NCBI GenBank assembly: GCA_951406725.2
Contig: OX597815.1
Coordinates: 121,272,001 to 121,336,000 of the forward strand
Direction of reading: 5' to 3'
DNA length: 64,000 bases
DNA from: Octopus vulgaris
Taxonomy: Eukaryota
The notes under the pieces were generated by a model, which had not been told where the DNA came from, did not search any database, and worked only from the letters and a program-made list of their open reading frames with translations. Shown piece after piece: positions 1 through 13,170 of the stretch; the first letter of the stretch is position 1; every line of letters begins with the position of its first letter. The translations under genes and the position numbers were made by a program.

Positions 1-411
1 TCCATACAAACCACATAGCTTCAGGTTCAGTCCCACTGTGTAGCACCCTGGGCAAGTGTCTCCTACTCTGCCCCAGTTTGACCAAAGTCTTGTGAGTGGA
101 TTTGGTCAGTGGAAACTGACAGAAGACAGCCATGTGTGAGTGTGGCATGTACATATAAGTGTGTGTGTGTGTGTATGTGTGTTATCTTGTCTTGACATTG
201 CATAATAGTAAATGTGTATCACTATCATGCTAGCGGTGTTGTTGTTTTCTTATATATGTTGTGGAAACATGTCTGATCATGGGGAAGCACTACCTTGCTT
301 GGAAACAATTGAAGGTTGATGACTGGAAGAGTATCCAGCAGTAGAAAATCTGCTTTCATAAACTCCATGTAGCCCATGCAAGCATGGAAAGAAGGATGCT
401 AAAATGATGAT
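1..411 (+). mobile_element. SINE family A, 5'-truncated by the window edge, variant with RTE-like 3' tail
   Basis: B-box-like GGTTCAGTCCC, CCCTGGGCAAGTGTC core and GTGAGTGGATTTGGT block as in other family A copies. Ends in CCCATGCAAGCATGGAAAG...ATGATGAT like the RTE 3' ends in this window. Confidence 0.75.
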
Positions 412-507
412 AAGGACACACATTTATTCCTATAACATCCATATGTATGTATGTATATATATATATGTGTGTATGTATATATATATATATATATGTACAC
501 ACACACA

Positions 508-1908
508 CAGAGGATGGTCACAAGAAAAGCAGAAAATTTGAAGGCAAAACTAACAAGGATTAGTTAGATCATCAATAATCTATATGATAGGTGGTTTCTG
601 ATTCATTGTTTCTGTCATGTAATCATAACAAGCATTGATGTCATTTGCTTCTGAGTGAGCCCCACATGATGGAAGAAAGCTGTGGAAGGAAACAGTCATC
701 AGACTTTCAGAGACAAATTATTGTTCCCTTCAAGAGTGAAAATCTGACTTGGGGACTGACTAGATGTTTAACTGTACTACCAAACTTTTTTTCAACTATC
801 ACAAGGCATCAATTTAATAACTGTTGTTGAAACTTTGAAACAGGAAGGACCTCAAACAGCTAGTGCTTACAAAAAGGGGACTGGACCAAAGAAACGAATT
901 TAGTTGTGTTACCTGTTTGACAAGGCACAACAGAGACATTTAAGTCAATGAAAGATCACTTGACATCACTCAATGAGAGATCACTCAACATCACTCAGTG
1001 AGAGATCACTCAATATTTCAAAAACATCTGTGATTGAAATTCTCAAAGAAAGTGAACTGAAGTTGCTATCAAAGAATAAAATGTAACATTCTTACTGAGC
1101 GACATCAGGAAATACAAGCAAATAAGTTGGTTGCACTGATTAATTGTTTTGAATAAGAATATGCTTTGAGAAAAGTATGGTTTTCAGATGAAATAATATT
1201 TCCACTGCACCCTCCTTTGAACAGATAAAATGATCACATTTACTAAGAAGTGTATTTGAATGTGAAAACTGACATACCTGGCAAAGAGCTGCTAGTGGAA
1301 TATGATAACTTACAGCCATCAGTGTTTTGTTATGCTGCTGTTGGATGGCATGGAAAAACAGAGCTAAGATTTATTGAAGAATATTGCCATAGTCCTCAAT
1401 GAAGGAAAAAGAAAATTGTAAGCCAACAAGTTTACTGTGAGGAAATATGTCTACAAATTCTCATGGGTGATGAGTCATGGACATGGCTGCAGGATGGTGC
1501 AATGCCCCACACAGCCAGGGCTACAATTCAGTTTCTCCAGCAATCTACCCCTTGCTTTATTGCACCTGGAGATTGGCCTTCAAAGAGTCTGGACTTAAAT
1601 GTGATGAATTACTGTGTCTGAAGCCTAGCAGAGATAAATATGAATGCCATATAACTATTACTGATGAATTGAAAACATGTTCAATAAAAAAACTGGAATG
1701 ACATCTCTCAAGTTACGCTTCAAAATTCCACTCAAGCTTGGATTTCTCAATTAAAATGTGGTCACAAAGTGCATGGAAAACATTTTGAACATCTGTGAGT
1801 ATTAATATGATATCACGCTTTGTGGTGCTTATTGTTTACCTCAAAGACATCTTGTGAAAATATAAATCAGCATTTCATGAATTTTCTGCTTTCCTAGTGA
1901 CCACCCTG
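508..1908 (+). mobile_element. Degenerate Tc1/mariner-superfamily DNA transposon, DD37D (maT) type, transposase pseudogene
   Basis: Imperfect TIRs CAGAGGATGGTCACAAGAAAAGCAGAAAATT and AATTTTCTGCTTTCCTAGTGACCACCCTG, followed by TA. Translated fragments KVWFSDE (about 1172-1192) and WLQDGAMPHTA...DWPSKSLDLNVMNYCV*. There are 37 residues between the second D and the third catalytic position, which is now N. Confidence 0.88.
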
Positions 1909-4270
1909 TATATATATATATACATGTGTATATGTGTGTATAGGTACATTTTGGCCTTTTTGGGCCTTTTCAATGATGTGCTGGTCCAGTGCTCACAAAA
2001 ACTTGTTTTGATTCTGGTGTTCACAATCTCTTGAAAAGGTAATATGGCATAGGCACATGACAGGATGTCTCTAAAATCTTTGAGAGTCACAAAAAGCACA
2101 AGGATGCCCATGTGCAATACTTTTAGTGGAGAGTGGATGCTGTGGATTTATAGCAGTACACCACTATGTCCCACCTGGCAGGCATTAAAGCTAAGATCAA
2201 TAACAGCAGTAACTGGCAACCAGCAGAGAGAAACAGAGAAACCTCCATTATGGATATGGTAGAAGCATGTAAGAGAAAGAATAAAACCAAACTTTCAGCA
2301 ATATTTGTTCTTTCATTCATTTTTATATCTATTTTTCCATACTTGGATTAGATGAATGTATTGCTGAGGCATATATTATTTTACAACCAGATGCTCTTCC
2401 TATTGCTGACCTTTGCTGATTTTCATGTGGTGGAGGGATCTTATTCCACACATCAAATTACTGGCAGAAAAAGTGGAACAAATGAATCTGGTTATTCTCT
2501 GGTAGTATCACTGCTGTTTAGCTTTTACAGTGAGGAGAGATGCAGTCAGGAGCTACCAAAATCATTATGATCTCCAGTTACCAGCTGGCAATGCGTATGT
2601 TCCATAATGTAAGCTATATGTAACATATTTTATATAATTTGTTGAAACAGTTTTAAACAGGAACTAAAGTTAATTAAAACTATTGCCATCTCAATCAAGC
2701 ACAAAAGAATTTAACATTTTGATATATAAATAATCTTGTTTATAGTAAGATATCTTATAAATTGAATCATTTGAAAATAAAGTAAATTTGAAATATGTTA
2801 TATTTCACATAATATATTGTCTAATATAACATATTTCTCTGAAAATATTTTTGGTTGAAGGAGACAAAATTATTTTATAATAATCAGAAATTTCATTTCA
2901 ACTAAATGAATAGTCAAGTTTTCTTTCTCTTAATAGCGATTTATTCTGTCTCAAGAATATAAAACTTTACAATATTAACTAAGGAAATATGTACATTGAA
3001 TATCTTCATTCAAATGAATACCTCCAAGAGTGAATTCTGCTATGTATTTAGGAAAACAAAATAGAATACTGCCACCTCTTTTGTAAAAGCCAGAGAAAAT
3101 ATAGAAATAACCAAAGTATTGTCTGCTTTTGTAGAAATAGAACTCTTTGTGTCTTCTATTTTTGCAGGTAAATATTACAATGGATTTAAAATAATTCTTT
3201 ATTCATATTTCTCGTTTCTAACTTGTATAATGTCTATGTCATGCTTCCTGTCTTAAAAGAGAGATATGCTACACAAAAGGAATCTAACAGAGAGTAGTGC
3301 AAACAAAAATATAAATTTAAATTTCTACCAAACCCTTTTAAATGGCCAGTATTTAAACAGAGCTAATTAGCATAAAATAGATAAGAATAATAAGTAAATA
3401 TTTCTCTGGATAAAACACTAGTTTACATCAGTGGATAACATTTTCAAATTCATCTGGTACTTACACGCAATACGTAGGTAAAATGAGGAAATGAGAATAA
3501 AAGCAATTCTTCCCAGAAACAAAGCAACTGAAGTAGATTTGGACTCACAACCTAGAGAGGAGTCCATTACCTTTCCCATTTAATCATATTGTCTCTCAGA
3601 ATGGTTGTCTGGCTAAGGACTCTGCTTCAGAACTGAGTTCTTAAGGGTTTAATCTCACTGTGTGAAAAGTGCTGGCTAATGTGTTGTCCAATACATTATA
3701 AGGAAAATTGGTAAATAGAAAGGAATATGGTGTGTGTGTGAGAGTATATAACAGTTTTCTCAAAAACTACCATTGTTCACATTGTGATTTCTCAACTAGA
3801 TCTCATATTGGTTTAATAATTCATGCTCATGTTCATATCTATAAAACTTTTGGTGGCCTGAGGACTCACATGAGTAGTCACCAGATGAAGTGAATGAATT
3901 GTAAACATTGGTGAATGGTAGTAATAGAAATGAGAGTGTGTTGTTGATAGTTTATTTGGTTGGAGTCTTTTCTTTTTTAGTCTTCTCACAGAACACCCAA
4001 GCATTGTCTTTGACAGGAAAATCCATCATACATATATATATTAATCAAAGTGAACTGTATTATATATCCATTAGGGCTAATCTTACCAATCGGTTTCACA
4101 CTAGGGGTTCAACAGAATGTTAGGATTATGTAAAGTCAGATTATGTAACCCTGCACTCTTCGGAGATAGTCATTATGGAATGAAATATGTCAAAGAGTCC
4201 AACACATGCCAGCATAGAGAATGGGTGTTAAATGATGGAGATTAACTTTTATATATATTTTAAAAATCTT

Positions 4271-4640
4271 TCTTGTTTGTTTCAGTCATTAAACTGCAAC
4301 TATGCTGGGGCAATGCCTTGAAGAACTTTTAGTTGAATGAATCAACCCCTGTACTTATTTTTTAGTAAGCTTGGTTCTTATTCTATTGGTCCCATTTGAT
4401 AAACCACTTAGTTATGAGCACGTAAACACACCAACACTGGTCGTCAAGTGGTGGTGGGGGACAACACAACCACAAAGACACACACACATATAGACATATT
4501 TGTACGATAGATTTCTTTTAGTTTCCATCTAACAAATACGCTCACAAGGTTTTAATCACCCAAGGTTATAGTAGAGAACACTTGCTCAAGCTACCATGTA
4601 GTGGGACTGAACCTGGAACCATGAGATTGGAAAGCAAAAT
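4271..4640 (-). mobile_element. SINE family A, diverged full-length copy
   Basis: Reverse complement of the family A consensus, from the TTTCAGTCATT tail to the TTCTTACCACTCAGCC head. Confidence 0.8.
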
Positions 4641-4644
4641 TCTT

Positions 4645-4950
4645 ACCACTCAGCCAACATATCATCAATCATCATCATCGTCATCATCATCAACATTCAA
4701 CGTCCATTTTCTATGCTGGCATGTGTTGGATGGCTTGACAGAAACTGGTAAGGCTAAGGAACCACACCAAGTTCCATAGTCTGCTTTGGCTTGATCCTTA
4801 CTGCTGGATACCCTCCTTAATGCCAACTACTTTACAAAGTGTACCGAGTGCTTTTTATATGGCACAATCTCCAGCACTTTTTATGTAGCATCAGCATCTG
4901 TACTTTTTATATAGCACTAGAACCCATACCAATGCTTTTTTGCATGGCAC
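4645..4950 (-). mobile_element. RTE-type LINE 3' UTR fragment with (GAT)n tail
   Basis: Reverse complement matches the 3' end of the RTE copy at 39600-39775. Confidence 0.7.
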
Positions 4951-6363
4951 CTTAGTTTACAGATATTAATTCTGTTGTGGTGGGTGATTCTTCTTAAGTA
5001 CAGCAATGTGTGACATATCTCAGCGACCGAGCATAATCATTGGGAAGGAAAGTGATTAGTGTTGGGTTATATAGAAGATAGTAGGGATGTTAAGCACCAG
5101 GAAGTGGATGAATCAAGTAGACTTTACTGAAGCTATGTAGTTCTTATGTAGCAAAGGCCATTTGTAGAAGAGACAGAGAAAGAAGATACATTTTTATAAT
5201 TTTAGTCATGAATGGTAGCTCATCAGACAAATTACCTTTTGTTTTTAGATCAAGTCAATGACATATAAACCTTTTATCCATTATCAGAGAGACTGAAATT
5301 TTTCTAACAATGCCAAACCATATAATTGCTATTCCTAGAACTTTAAAATGAAGATTAATGTTAAATTCCTAACCCACTCGAGTTTTTCAGTTTAGTTTTC
5401 AATAGATATTTTCTATTCAACACCTGCAAGTGATATCACTCCTTTTAACAAAATCAAATTCAAAGTATATTGTTTTGTAGTATTTATTGCTTTGCTTTGT
5501 AGATAAATTGATCTATGTGATAAAATCTTCAATATATTCCTAAACCCAAATGTCTTTTCAAACATTTTTAACTCGGTTCCAGAAAGTGATGTAGTCCCTT
5601 TTAATAAAATCACATCTAACATATATTTTTCTCTCTGATATATTTTATTTTTACTTTGCTTTGTGGATAAACTAATCTATATTTATCTGTTAAAGCTTTC
5701 ACTATATTCCTAAATTCAAATGCCTTCACTGTTAATATTTTATGGAGGATTTTGTTTTTGCTTTTTTTCTGAGTACAATTTCAGAAAACATGCATCTGAA
5801 TCGTTTATCCTATCATTTTTTATAAAACATAAACAAAATGTAATTTTATCAAAAACATTAGCTAAATTTTACGAATTTTTTTTATGTCAATAAAACTATT
5901 TGCTGTAGAAATTACTTTTAGATCCTTTATTGTCAATAAGCCTAAATTATAAACCATGTCCAGCATTATAAGGGCTTTAATGCTTACATAGTATTAAAAA
6001 GTATTGAAATGCAGCAACTAAAACTACAAAATTATTGTCATTATTGAATAAATTCTACAGTGTTCTTTATACATTAATTATAATAAGTTTCACTAAAATA
6101 TAATCGACATTTTTCTACTTCATAGAAATGTTTGTCTATTCAATTAAAATTCAATTTGCTTTTGAGAATAATATAATTAAAGTTGCATTTTTTTAAGGTA
6201 TTGTTTTATAAACATTATCATTTCATATTTACTTTTCTTTTTAACATACAATTTGTATGGTTTATTCAACCAAATGCTTACTAACAATTATCAAAACAAA
6301 TATTACACATCCAATTCTAGGCAGTGTTCCATTAGTGTTGCAGAACAGTTTTATTATGAATCA

Positions 6364-6530
6364 GGTGCAGACATGGCTGAGTGGTTAAAAAGTTTGCAGT
6401 TTGCTTCCCAACCACATGATTTCAGTTTCACTCTCATTGTGACATTCCGAGCAAGAAACATCTACAATATCCTTGGGCTGACCAAAGCCTTGTGAGTAGA
6501 TTTGGTAGAAGGAAACTGAAAGAAGCCTGT
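6364..6530 (+). mobile_element. SINE family A, 5' half
   Basis: GGTGCAGACATGGCTGAGTGG head (A box) through GGAAACTGAAAGAAGCC, then (TG)n. Confidence 0.75.
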
Positions 6531-7482
6531 TGTGTGTGGGTGTATGTGTATGTGTGTTTGTGTGTGTATGTGTGTGTGTGTGTGTGTGTGAGTGTGTGTG
6601 TGTGAATGTGCATGGAGCAGGATGAGGAGGAGCAAGAGGAAGATGATGACAACTAAGCTGAGGAAGATAACAATGATGATGATGATGATAAGCTTAAATC
6701 AATATTTCATATCAAAAAACACAGAATTTGCTTCTTTGTTTTTGTGGGGGTTTTTTAATGTTGTCATTCAATGTATTGAAAAAAATTATAGAACTTATTC
6801 CAAGAGCTCATGTAATCTGCCATGGTTTGAGTGCTTGCAATGACTTAAGTCCATTTATAATTTTTTTTTTAAACAAAATTCTTTTGGAATGCTTCAGAAT
6901 CTATATTTTCACACTACCATCTGTGTATTTTTGGCCTAAATGACTTACTGATTATTTAATCCAAATCATTTGCATCTGTCCCTTAAAAGTGATAAATAAA
7001 ATGAATTTCTAATAAAAGTTCTACGAAGTATAAAAGCTGTTTGAAAGGAAATTGCTTCTCTAATTACAATTAATTCTGAATTTTAAGCTTGTTGATCTCT
7101 AGAATAGAAAGGATTCTGATTATTTATGGTAAATATTTATTTTTATTCCTTTCAATTATTCCTTTTTTAAATAAATTCATGTTTTTCTCTCTTTTCTCTT
7201 TAGTAACCAAGTGAGTGAAAGTCATCACTGCTAAATTCTTTGAAGGAATAGCAATTTCTTATACAGTAACTCAGATTAATTGCCATGTTGAAGTTTACAG
7301 ATACTCGTGAACAAGTATGGCTAAGCTTGCTTTGCAGCCATGTGACTTTGGGTTCCATCCCACTGTGTGGCACCTTAGGTGTCTTCTTCTATGGCCCTAG
7401 GCTAATCAATATGTTGTGAGTTCTTTTTGGTAGACAGGAACTGTGTGGAAGCCCATCATATATATGACAGGTACATAAAGAA

Positions 7483-8311
7483 GTGCTAAGTTCTAATTGT
7501 GGAGGGTACTTGTGGAAGGGATAGACCCACGAAGCTGTGGGGCAATGTGGTGAGAAAGGATCTTTGAATGCTGAGCCTCACTGAGGAAATGACAAGGGAC
7601 CAGAAGACGTGGCGATTTGCCGTACTTGAAAATACATGTCAAGCTAAGTAAAATCCTTGCCTTCCACACATATAGTCTTGCCCTTTCAGGGGCCAGTGCC
7701 ACTTAAAAAGCACCCATGCCAGTGCTACATTAATGCACCTGTGCTGGTGCTGCACATACACACCTGTTCCAGTGCTGCATTGACACAACCATGCCATCAT
7801 TATTATCATCCAGTGTTTTAAATCCGGGTTTTGTTCCCATTAATGAGGGTGTCCAAATCTACCTCAATGCCATAGCAACCGAGGTAGGCATGTGCAGCCC
7901 ACCCCAATCTTTGGGCTGGCTGGTGCTCATTCTCCTTTGCTATCATGAGGCGTTTTTGGAACTGGACTTTCTATGTGAAGCATGCCCTTGCTTATCCCCA
8001 ACCTCAATTTCTAGACATGAGTGGTCCCAAGACCAAGGCCTCTATCACAATTTTTAAGAAATGTGGTGAAAAACTAGCTTAGGAAGGCAGGAACACTACT
8101 CTCTGGGATCCCTTTCGGATACCCAGTGACATGTAAAAAGCACCCAGCACAATCTGTTAAGTGGTTGGTATCCAGCCATAGAAAGGGCATCTAGCCATAG
8201 AAACCATGCCACAACAGACAGTTGGAAATCTGAACAGCTCCCTCCTAGCCAGCTCCATGTCAAACCTTTGAACCCATGCCTGCATTGAAAGCAGATGTTA
8301 AATGACAATGA

Positions 8312-8315
<4 letters not shown>
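7483..8315 (+). mobile_element. RTE LINE 3' end (ORF C-terminus and UTR), interrupted at about 7795-8110 by an unclassified repeat
   Basis: Translates VEGTCGRDRPTKLWGNVVRKDL*MLSLTEEMTRDQKTWRFAVLENTCQAK*, matching the C-terminus of ORF 38799-39200. The UTR resumes near 8120 and ends in ATGATGAT. Confidence 0.8.
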
Positions 8316-8361
<46 letters not shown>

Positions 8362-8369
8362 GTATGAAT

Positions 8370-8533
8370 ACAATGGGCTTCTTTCAGTTTCCATCTACCA
8401 AATCTACTCACAAGGCTTTGGTCATGTGGAGACTACAGTAGAAGACACTTGCCCAAGTTGCCACACAGTGAGACTGAACACAGAACCATGTGGTTGGAAA
8501 GCAAGTTTCTTAACACACAGCCACGCCTGCACC
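8370..8533 (-). mobile_element. SINE family A, 5' half
   Basis: Reverse complement of the tRNA-like head and core. Confidence 0.8.
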
Positions 8534-8621
8534 TATATATATATGTATGTATGTATATATATATATATATATATATAAATATATAAATGAAAGAATGGAG
8601 TTGAACGACGATTTAACAAAA

Positions 8622-8720
8622 TTCCTTTATTCCCGACATATGTTTCGAAGACTGCATATTCCTAATTCCGAAGGAATAAAGGGTGCATTATGCCGCCTTC
8701 TCATCAGGAAAGACAAGGAA
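8622..8720 (-). ncRNA. Type I hammerhead ribozyme with minimal palindromic stem III
   Basis: Minus strand reads UUUC-CUGAUGA-GAAGGC.GCAUA...UAUGC.GUCUUC-GAAAC-AUAU-GUC-GGGA. Core is intact, stem III is the palindrome ACAUAUGU, and stem I extends via UUCCUU/AAGGAA. Confidence 0.85.
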
Positions 8721-8809
8721 CTTATGTCAGCATCATGATGAACAAAAACTTATGGACTCCGTGTGGGCAGTCATCTAAAAGTTTTTGTTCGTCATGATGC
8801 TGACATAAG

Positions 8810-8908
8810 TTCCTTGTCTTTCCTGATGAGAACGCAGCATAATGCACCCTTTATTCCTTCGGAATTAGGAATATGCAGTCTTTGAAACATATGTCGAGAA
8901 TAAAGGAA
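8810..8908 (+). ncRNA. Type I hammerhead ribozyme, mirror copy
   Basis: CTGATGA at 8823-8829, GAAAC at 8884-8888, ATAT loop, GTC at 8893-8895. Stem I is UUUC/GAGA; stem II has two mismatches. Confidence 0.8.
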
Positions 8909-9097
8909 TTTTGTTAAATCGTCATTCAACTCCATTCTTTCATTTATTTATAGTTAAAAAAAACACACAAATTTCCACACGAAAGTACGTGATCTCTGCC
9001 CTTGGCATGTAGCTTCAACCGTGTTTTCTGACGTGAATTTTCTACCCAGGTATCGGTTAACCGAATTATCCATACTAGGATAATTCATTCAACTACT

Positions 9098-9129
<32 letters not shown>

Positions 9130-9134
9130 CATAC

Positions 9135-9136
<2 letters not shown>

Positions 9137-9220
<84 letters not shown>
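9137..9220. repeat. (AGAT)n microsatellite
   Basis: Perfect tetranucleotide run. Confidence 0.95.
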
Positions 9221-9222
<2 letters not shown>

Positions 9223-9234
9223 ATAAATGAGTTA

Positions 9235-9800
9235 AACACAGGTGTTATTCAAATTCTTTTACTTTTGGCATATGTTTCATAGACAACTTTGGTATTATTC
9301 TAGAAAGAATAAATTGATGTAAAACAATGCAATCTTCTCACCAGGGAAAGAAAGAAACCAAACACATCAATAAGACATTTTAACAGGATGTGATGACAGT
9401 GTATAATGATGAGGGGAACGCTATTAAGTTTCTTTTAAAAAACCATTAGTAGATACAACATCAAGGTAGTTTATAGAAAGAGAAGGAGGAGAAGGAAAGA
9501 AATTAGCAGAAAACTAATAGTGGAGAGATATAGAGTGATAGGTGAATGAGAATAAAGCTTAAAGGAATGGAAATAGATATATATAGGGGAAGTGATATGT
9601 AAGAAGACAGTCACAGGTCGAATTTTATAGAATGGTAACACCTACATTGAATTCCATTTATTTATCTATATATATTATACGAAACATTTCACCTAAACCT
9701 GGAGTTTCTACCTTTATAAGTAGGCTGTTACGTGCTTGGTACTTGTGTGAATTTTAGCTACCCTGGTAACTGTTTATTTATTTTTTTGGTATTATTACTA
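9235..9800. mobile_element. Older PLE-type fragment with a decayed hammerhead motif (9262-9349, minus strand)
   Basis: Minus strand reads CUGGUGA-GAAGAUUGCA...GAAAC-AUAU-GCC. The segment 9690-9770 resembles the AACCCGGAGTTTCTACC tail at 37503. Confidence 0.5.
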
Positions 9801-9853
9801 AACACTGAAAAAAAAAACATACATACATTTATATATATATATATATACATGTA

Positions 9854-9988
<135 letters not shown>

Positions 9989-10239
9989 AAAATAAGTTCA
10001 AAAGAGAACAATTCAAACTTTTTGAGACGTTCAAAAAGAGAGAAAGAATGATTTCTAATAAGGATTCATCATATTCATAAAAAACAGCCAGAGCAAGTAG
10101 TAAGAATATGAAAATAGTTGAGAAATATCGTTATAGGTATAAATATACCATAAACAACTATAGAAAAATGGTGGAGATGATATTTTTCATCTACATATAT
10201 ATGATGATGATATATATATATACACACACACAACATATG

Positions 10240-10296
<57 letters not shown>

Positions 10297-10648
10297 ATAT
10301 ATTTGAAAGTCTTTGTGAAAATTTAATACAGTTTTTAAGTATAAAGGCAATATTTTTCAAAGAATTATATATTTTTTAAAAAGTTATAAAATCTTTTATC
10401 AGGATGTTACTAACTTTTTTTGGAAGATGTTTTTGTCCTAGCATGTAAGTGCTTTCAATTAATCTTTTCAATTAATATAAATATATTCAAATTATTATAT
10501 ATATACATACATACATACATATATATATATATAACTATGAAGATAGTAAGAGTAGAAAATTTTGAGAACTATTCTACCTGTGGCCAGCATGCATAATAAA
10601 GTCAATCGACAATATATTTTTCATATAAATTAGCATACGTTTTTATAC

Positions 10649-10694
<46 letters not shown>

Positions 10695-10715
10695 GTATAT
10701 ATATATATGTATATA

Positions 10716-10769
<54 letters not shown>

Positions 10770-10834
10770 TGCTAGCATGGAACATGGATGTTAACTGATG
10801 ATGACGATGATTATGATATATATATTATGTGTAT

Positions 10835-11000
10835 TCACAAAAACAAATTCACAAAAAAACAAAAGACGAAGACAGGTGGTGTAGACAACAAACAAAGGTA
10901 TTAGTATAATGCTCGGGAAGTGAAAAAGTCTTTATCATTTCGAGCCTATGCTCATCCACAGAATGGAACACAGAGAGAAACAAGGAGAGAAAATAAAAAA
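10835..11000 (-). mobile_element. Fragment of the repeat family that is tandemly duplicated at 52528-53485, with a decayed HHR-like motif
   Basis: Reverse complement contains GAGCATAGGCTCGAAA...AAAGACTT and CCACCTGTCTTCGTCTTTTGTTT, shared with 52880-52995 and 50750-50905. Confidence 0.7.
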
Positions 11001-11042
<42 letters not shown>

Positions 11043-11440
11043 AAGAAAGTCCCCTCAATGAACAAAATATCAAGGATGTAATAGGTGGAAGAAGAGAGAG
11101 CTAAAACATCATCTAGCTGGTGCAGGTGAGTTGGCTGGAGCAATGTGAAATTGAATGCTTTGCCCAGACACACTACACTACTCAGCCCAGGAATTATGAT
11201 CATAAACCAAACATCCTGTCTACTAGGTAGTGTGCCTTCACAGGATCATCTTCAACATTGTTTTTTATAGTTCAGAAGATTGCTTAAGTGATGAAATATT
11301 AATTTGCAAACCAATACTGCACTGAAGTGGTTTCCTACCTAAACAAAGTTCTGCTCCTGATGTAAGCTGTCTAATGGTTACACTGGGAGGCTTTCTTCAG
11401 TTTCCATAGCACACTTTAGTTACTATATTATAGGATACAC

Positions 11441-12040
11441 TAGTAGTAGTAGTAGTAGTGGTGGTGGTGGTGGTGGTGGTGGTGGTGGTAATAGTAGAGG
11501 CAACAGCAGTAGTTGTAATAATAGTAGTCGTAGTAGAGGACTACAACCACTATGCCACCACTACCACTACTATCACTACATCATTGTCATGATGTGGTGG
11601 TGGTGGTGGTGGCAGTGGTGGTGGTGGCAGTGGTGGTGAAGGAGCTGATACTGGTATTAGTGGTGGTGGTAGTGTTGGTGCTGTTGCAGTGATTGTTGTG
11701 GTGGTTGTGGTGGTAGTGGTGTTGGTGGGGGAGGTATTGATGGTGGAGATCGTGGCAGCAGTGATAGTTGTGATAGTGCTGATGCCAGCAGAAATTGCGC
11801 TGGTGGTGCTAGTGATGTTGATGGTTGTAGTGGTCAGGGTGGTCATAGTGGTGTGGTGGTGGTGGTGATGGTGAAGGTGCTGGCAGAGCTCATGATGGCA
11901 GTGGTGGTGGTGGTGGTGGTGGTGGTGGTGGTGGATGGTGGTGGATGGTGGTGGTGGTGGTGGTGGTGGTGGTGGTGGTGGATGGTGGTTGTGGTGGTGG
12001 TGGTGGTACAAGTAGCAGTGGTGGCAAGCTGATGGGTGGC
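11441..12040. repeat. (GTA/GTG)n low-complexity trinucleotide region
   Basis: Degenerate GGT/GTG runs; source of the spurious poly-H/P/T ORFs. Confidence 0.9.
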
Positions 12041-12750
12041 ATTTGTGATGTTTATCAGGACACATATGTTATAAGAACTTTCTCCACATTTTAATAGGAT
12101 ACAACAATATAACTCCTTGCATATAAATTGGATGCATCTATCTTCTGTAGTATCAGAGCACACCTTCTATCATGAATTATATTGAGGCATTGCCAGCTTT
12201 CTTTTCTCTTTATCTTATCTTGTACAACTGGCTTTTTGATTGGGTCAACTTTTTGAATATAGGTTCTTTCTGTTTATGCTCCATTTATGTTAGAATCAAC
12301 TCTATTTTTCACATAAAAAGAGTCTGACCTTATTTAATATATGTATATGAGGTGGATATAAAGAAATTCAATAGCATATAATCAATGAAACTTGTAAATA
12401 GATGTAAGGTGTAGTGGTATTTGTAGAAGGATGAGAAATCACTCACACGCATCACGTATTCAAAACACACTGGCAATGCTAGATTATCTACAAACTCCAG
12501 TCATACTTTTTAACCAAAGCATCATCAAAAGCTGAGAACAGATTCTTCTATTACTCAAATGATTTCCATCAAATGCCGAAGTTCTAATTAATTGTTATCA
12601 GAAACAAAATTCGTTAATGATCGAATTCTTTCTTTCATTTTTCTCATACTTTTTTCTCTTTTTTTTTTGGTTGTTTTTGGCTTCTTTGTTTTAAAGAATT
12701 TTCTTAGGTTTCAGAAAACAAAGACATCTCTTTTTTGAACAATAACCATA

Positions 12751-12912
12751 GGCACAGGCGTCGCTGTGTGGTAAGATGTTTGCTTCACAACCACATAGTT
12801 TCAAGTTCATCCGCATTGCATGGCACCTTGAGCAAGTGTCTTCTCCTATAGCCTCAGGATCACCAAGGCATTGCAAGTGGATTTCGTAAATGAGGACTGA
12901 AAGAAGCTTGTC

Positions 12913-12944
<32 letters not shown>

Positions 12945-13170
12945 CTGAGTTTGTCACCCACCACCACTTGACAACTGGTGTTGGTGTGTTTATGTCCCCA
13001 TAACTTAGTGGTTTAGCAAAAGAGACTGATAGAATAAGTACCAAGCTTTAAAAAGAAAAAAGTATTGGGGTTGAGTCATTTGACTATAAATTCTTCAAGG
13101 CAGTGCCCCAGCATGGCCACAGTCTAATGACTGAAACAAGTGAAAGATAGAAGATAAAAAGACAAAAGAT
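12751..13170 (+). mobile_element. SINE family A, full length, with target-site duplication
   Basis: tRNA-like head, internal (TG)n, tail ending ACTGAAACAAGT and A-rich repeats. TSD ATAACCATA at 12742-12750 and 13171-13179. Confidence 0.9.

Larger units (their letters stand above)
8583..9098. mobile_element. Penelope-like pLTR fragment in inverted (palindromic) arrangement with an asymmetric tail
   Basis: Near-perfect inverted repeat, about 8583-8751 versus 8779-8947. Each arm carries a hammerhead motif. The tail is homologous to 37480-37630. Confidence 0.75.

Noticed and set aside
11550-12163. Poly-His/Pro/Thr ORFs of 171 and 106 aa
   Set aside because: They arise from GGT/GTG trinucleotide low complexity; no domain or splice support.
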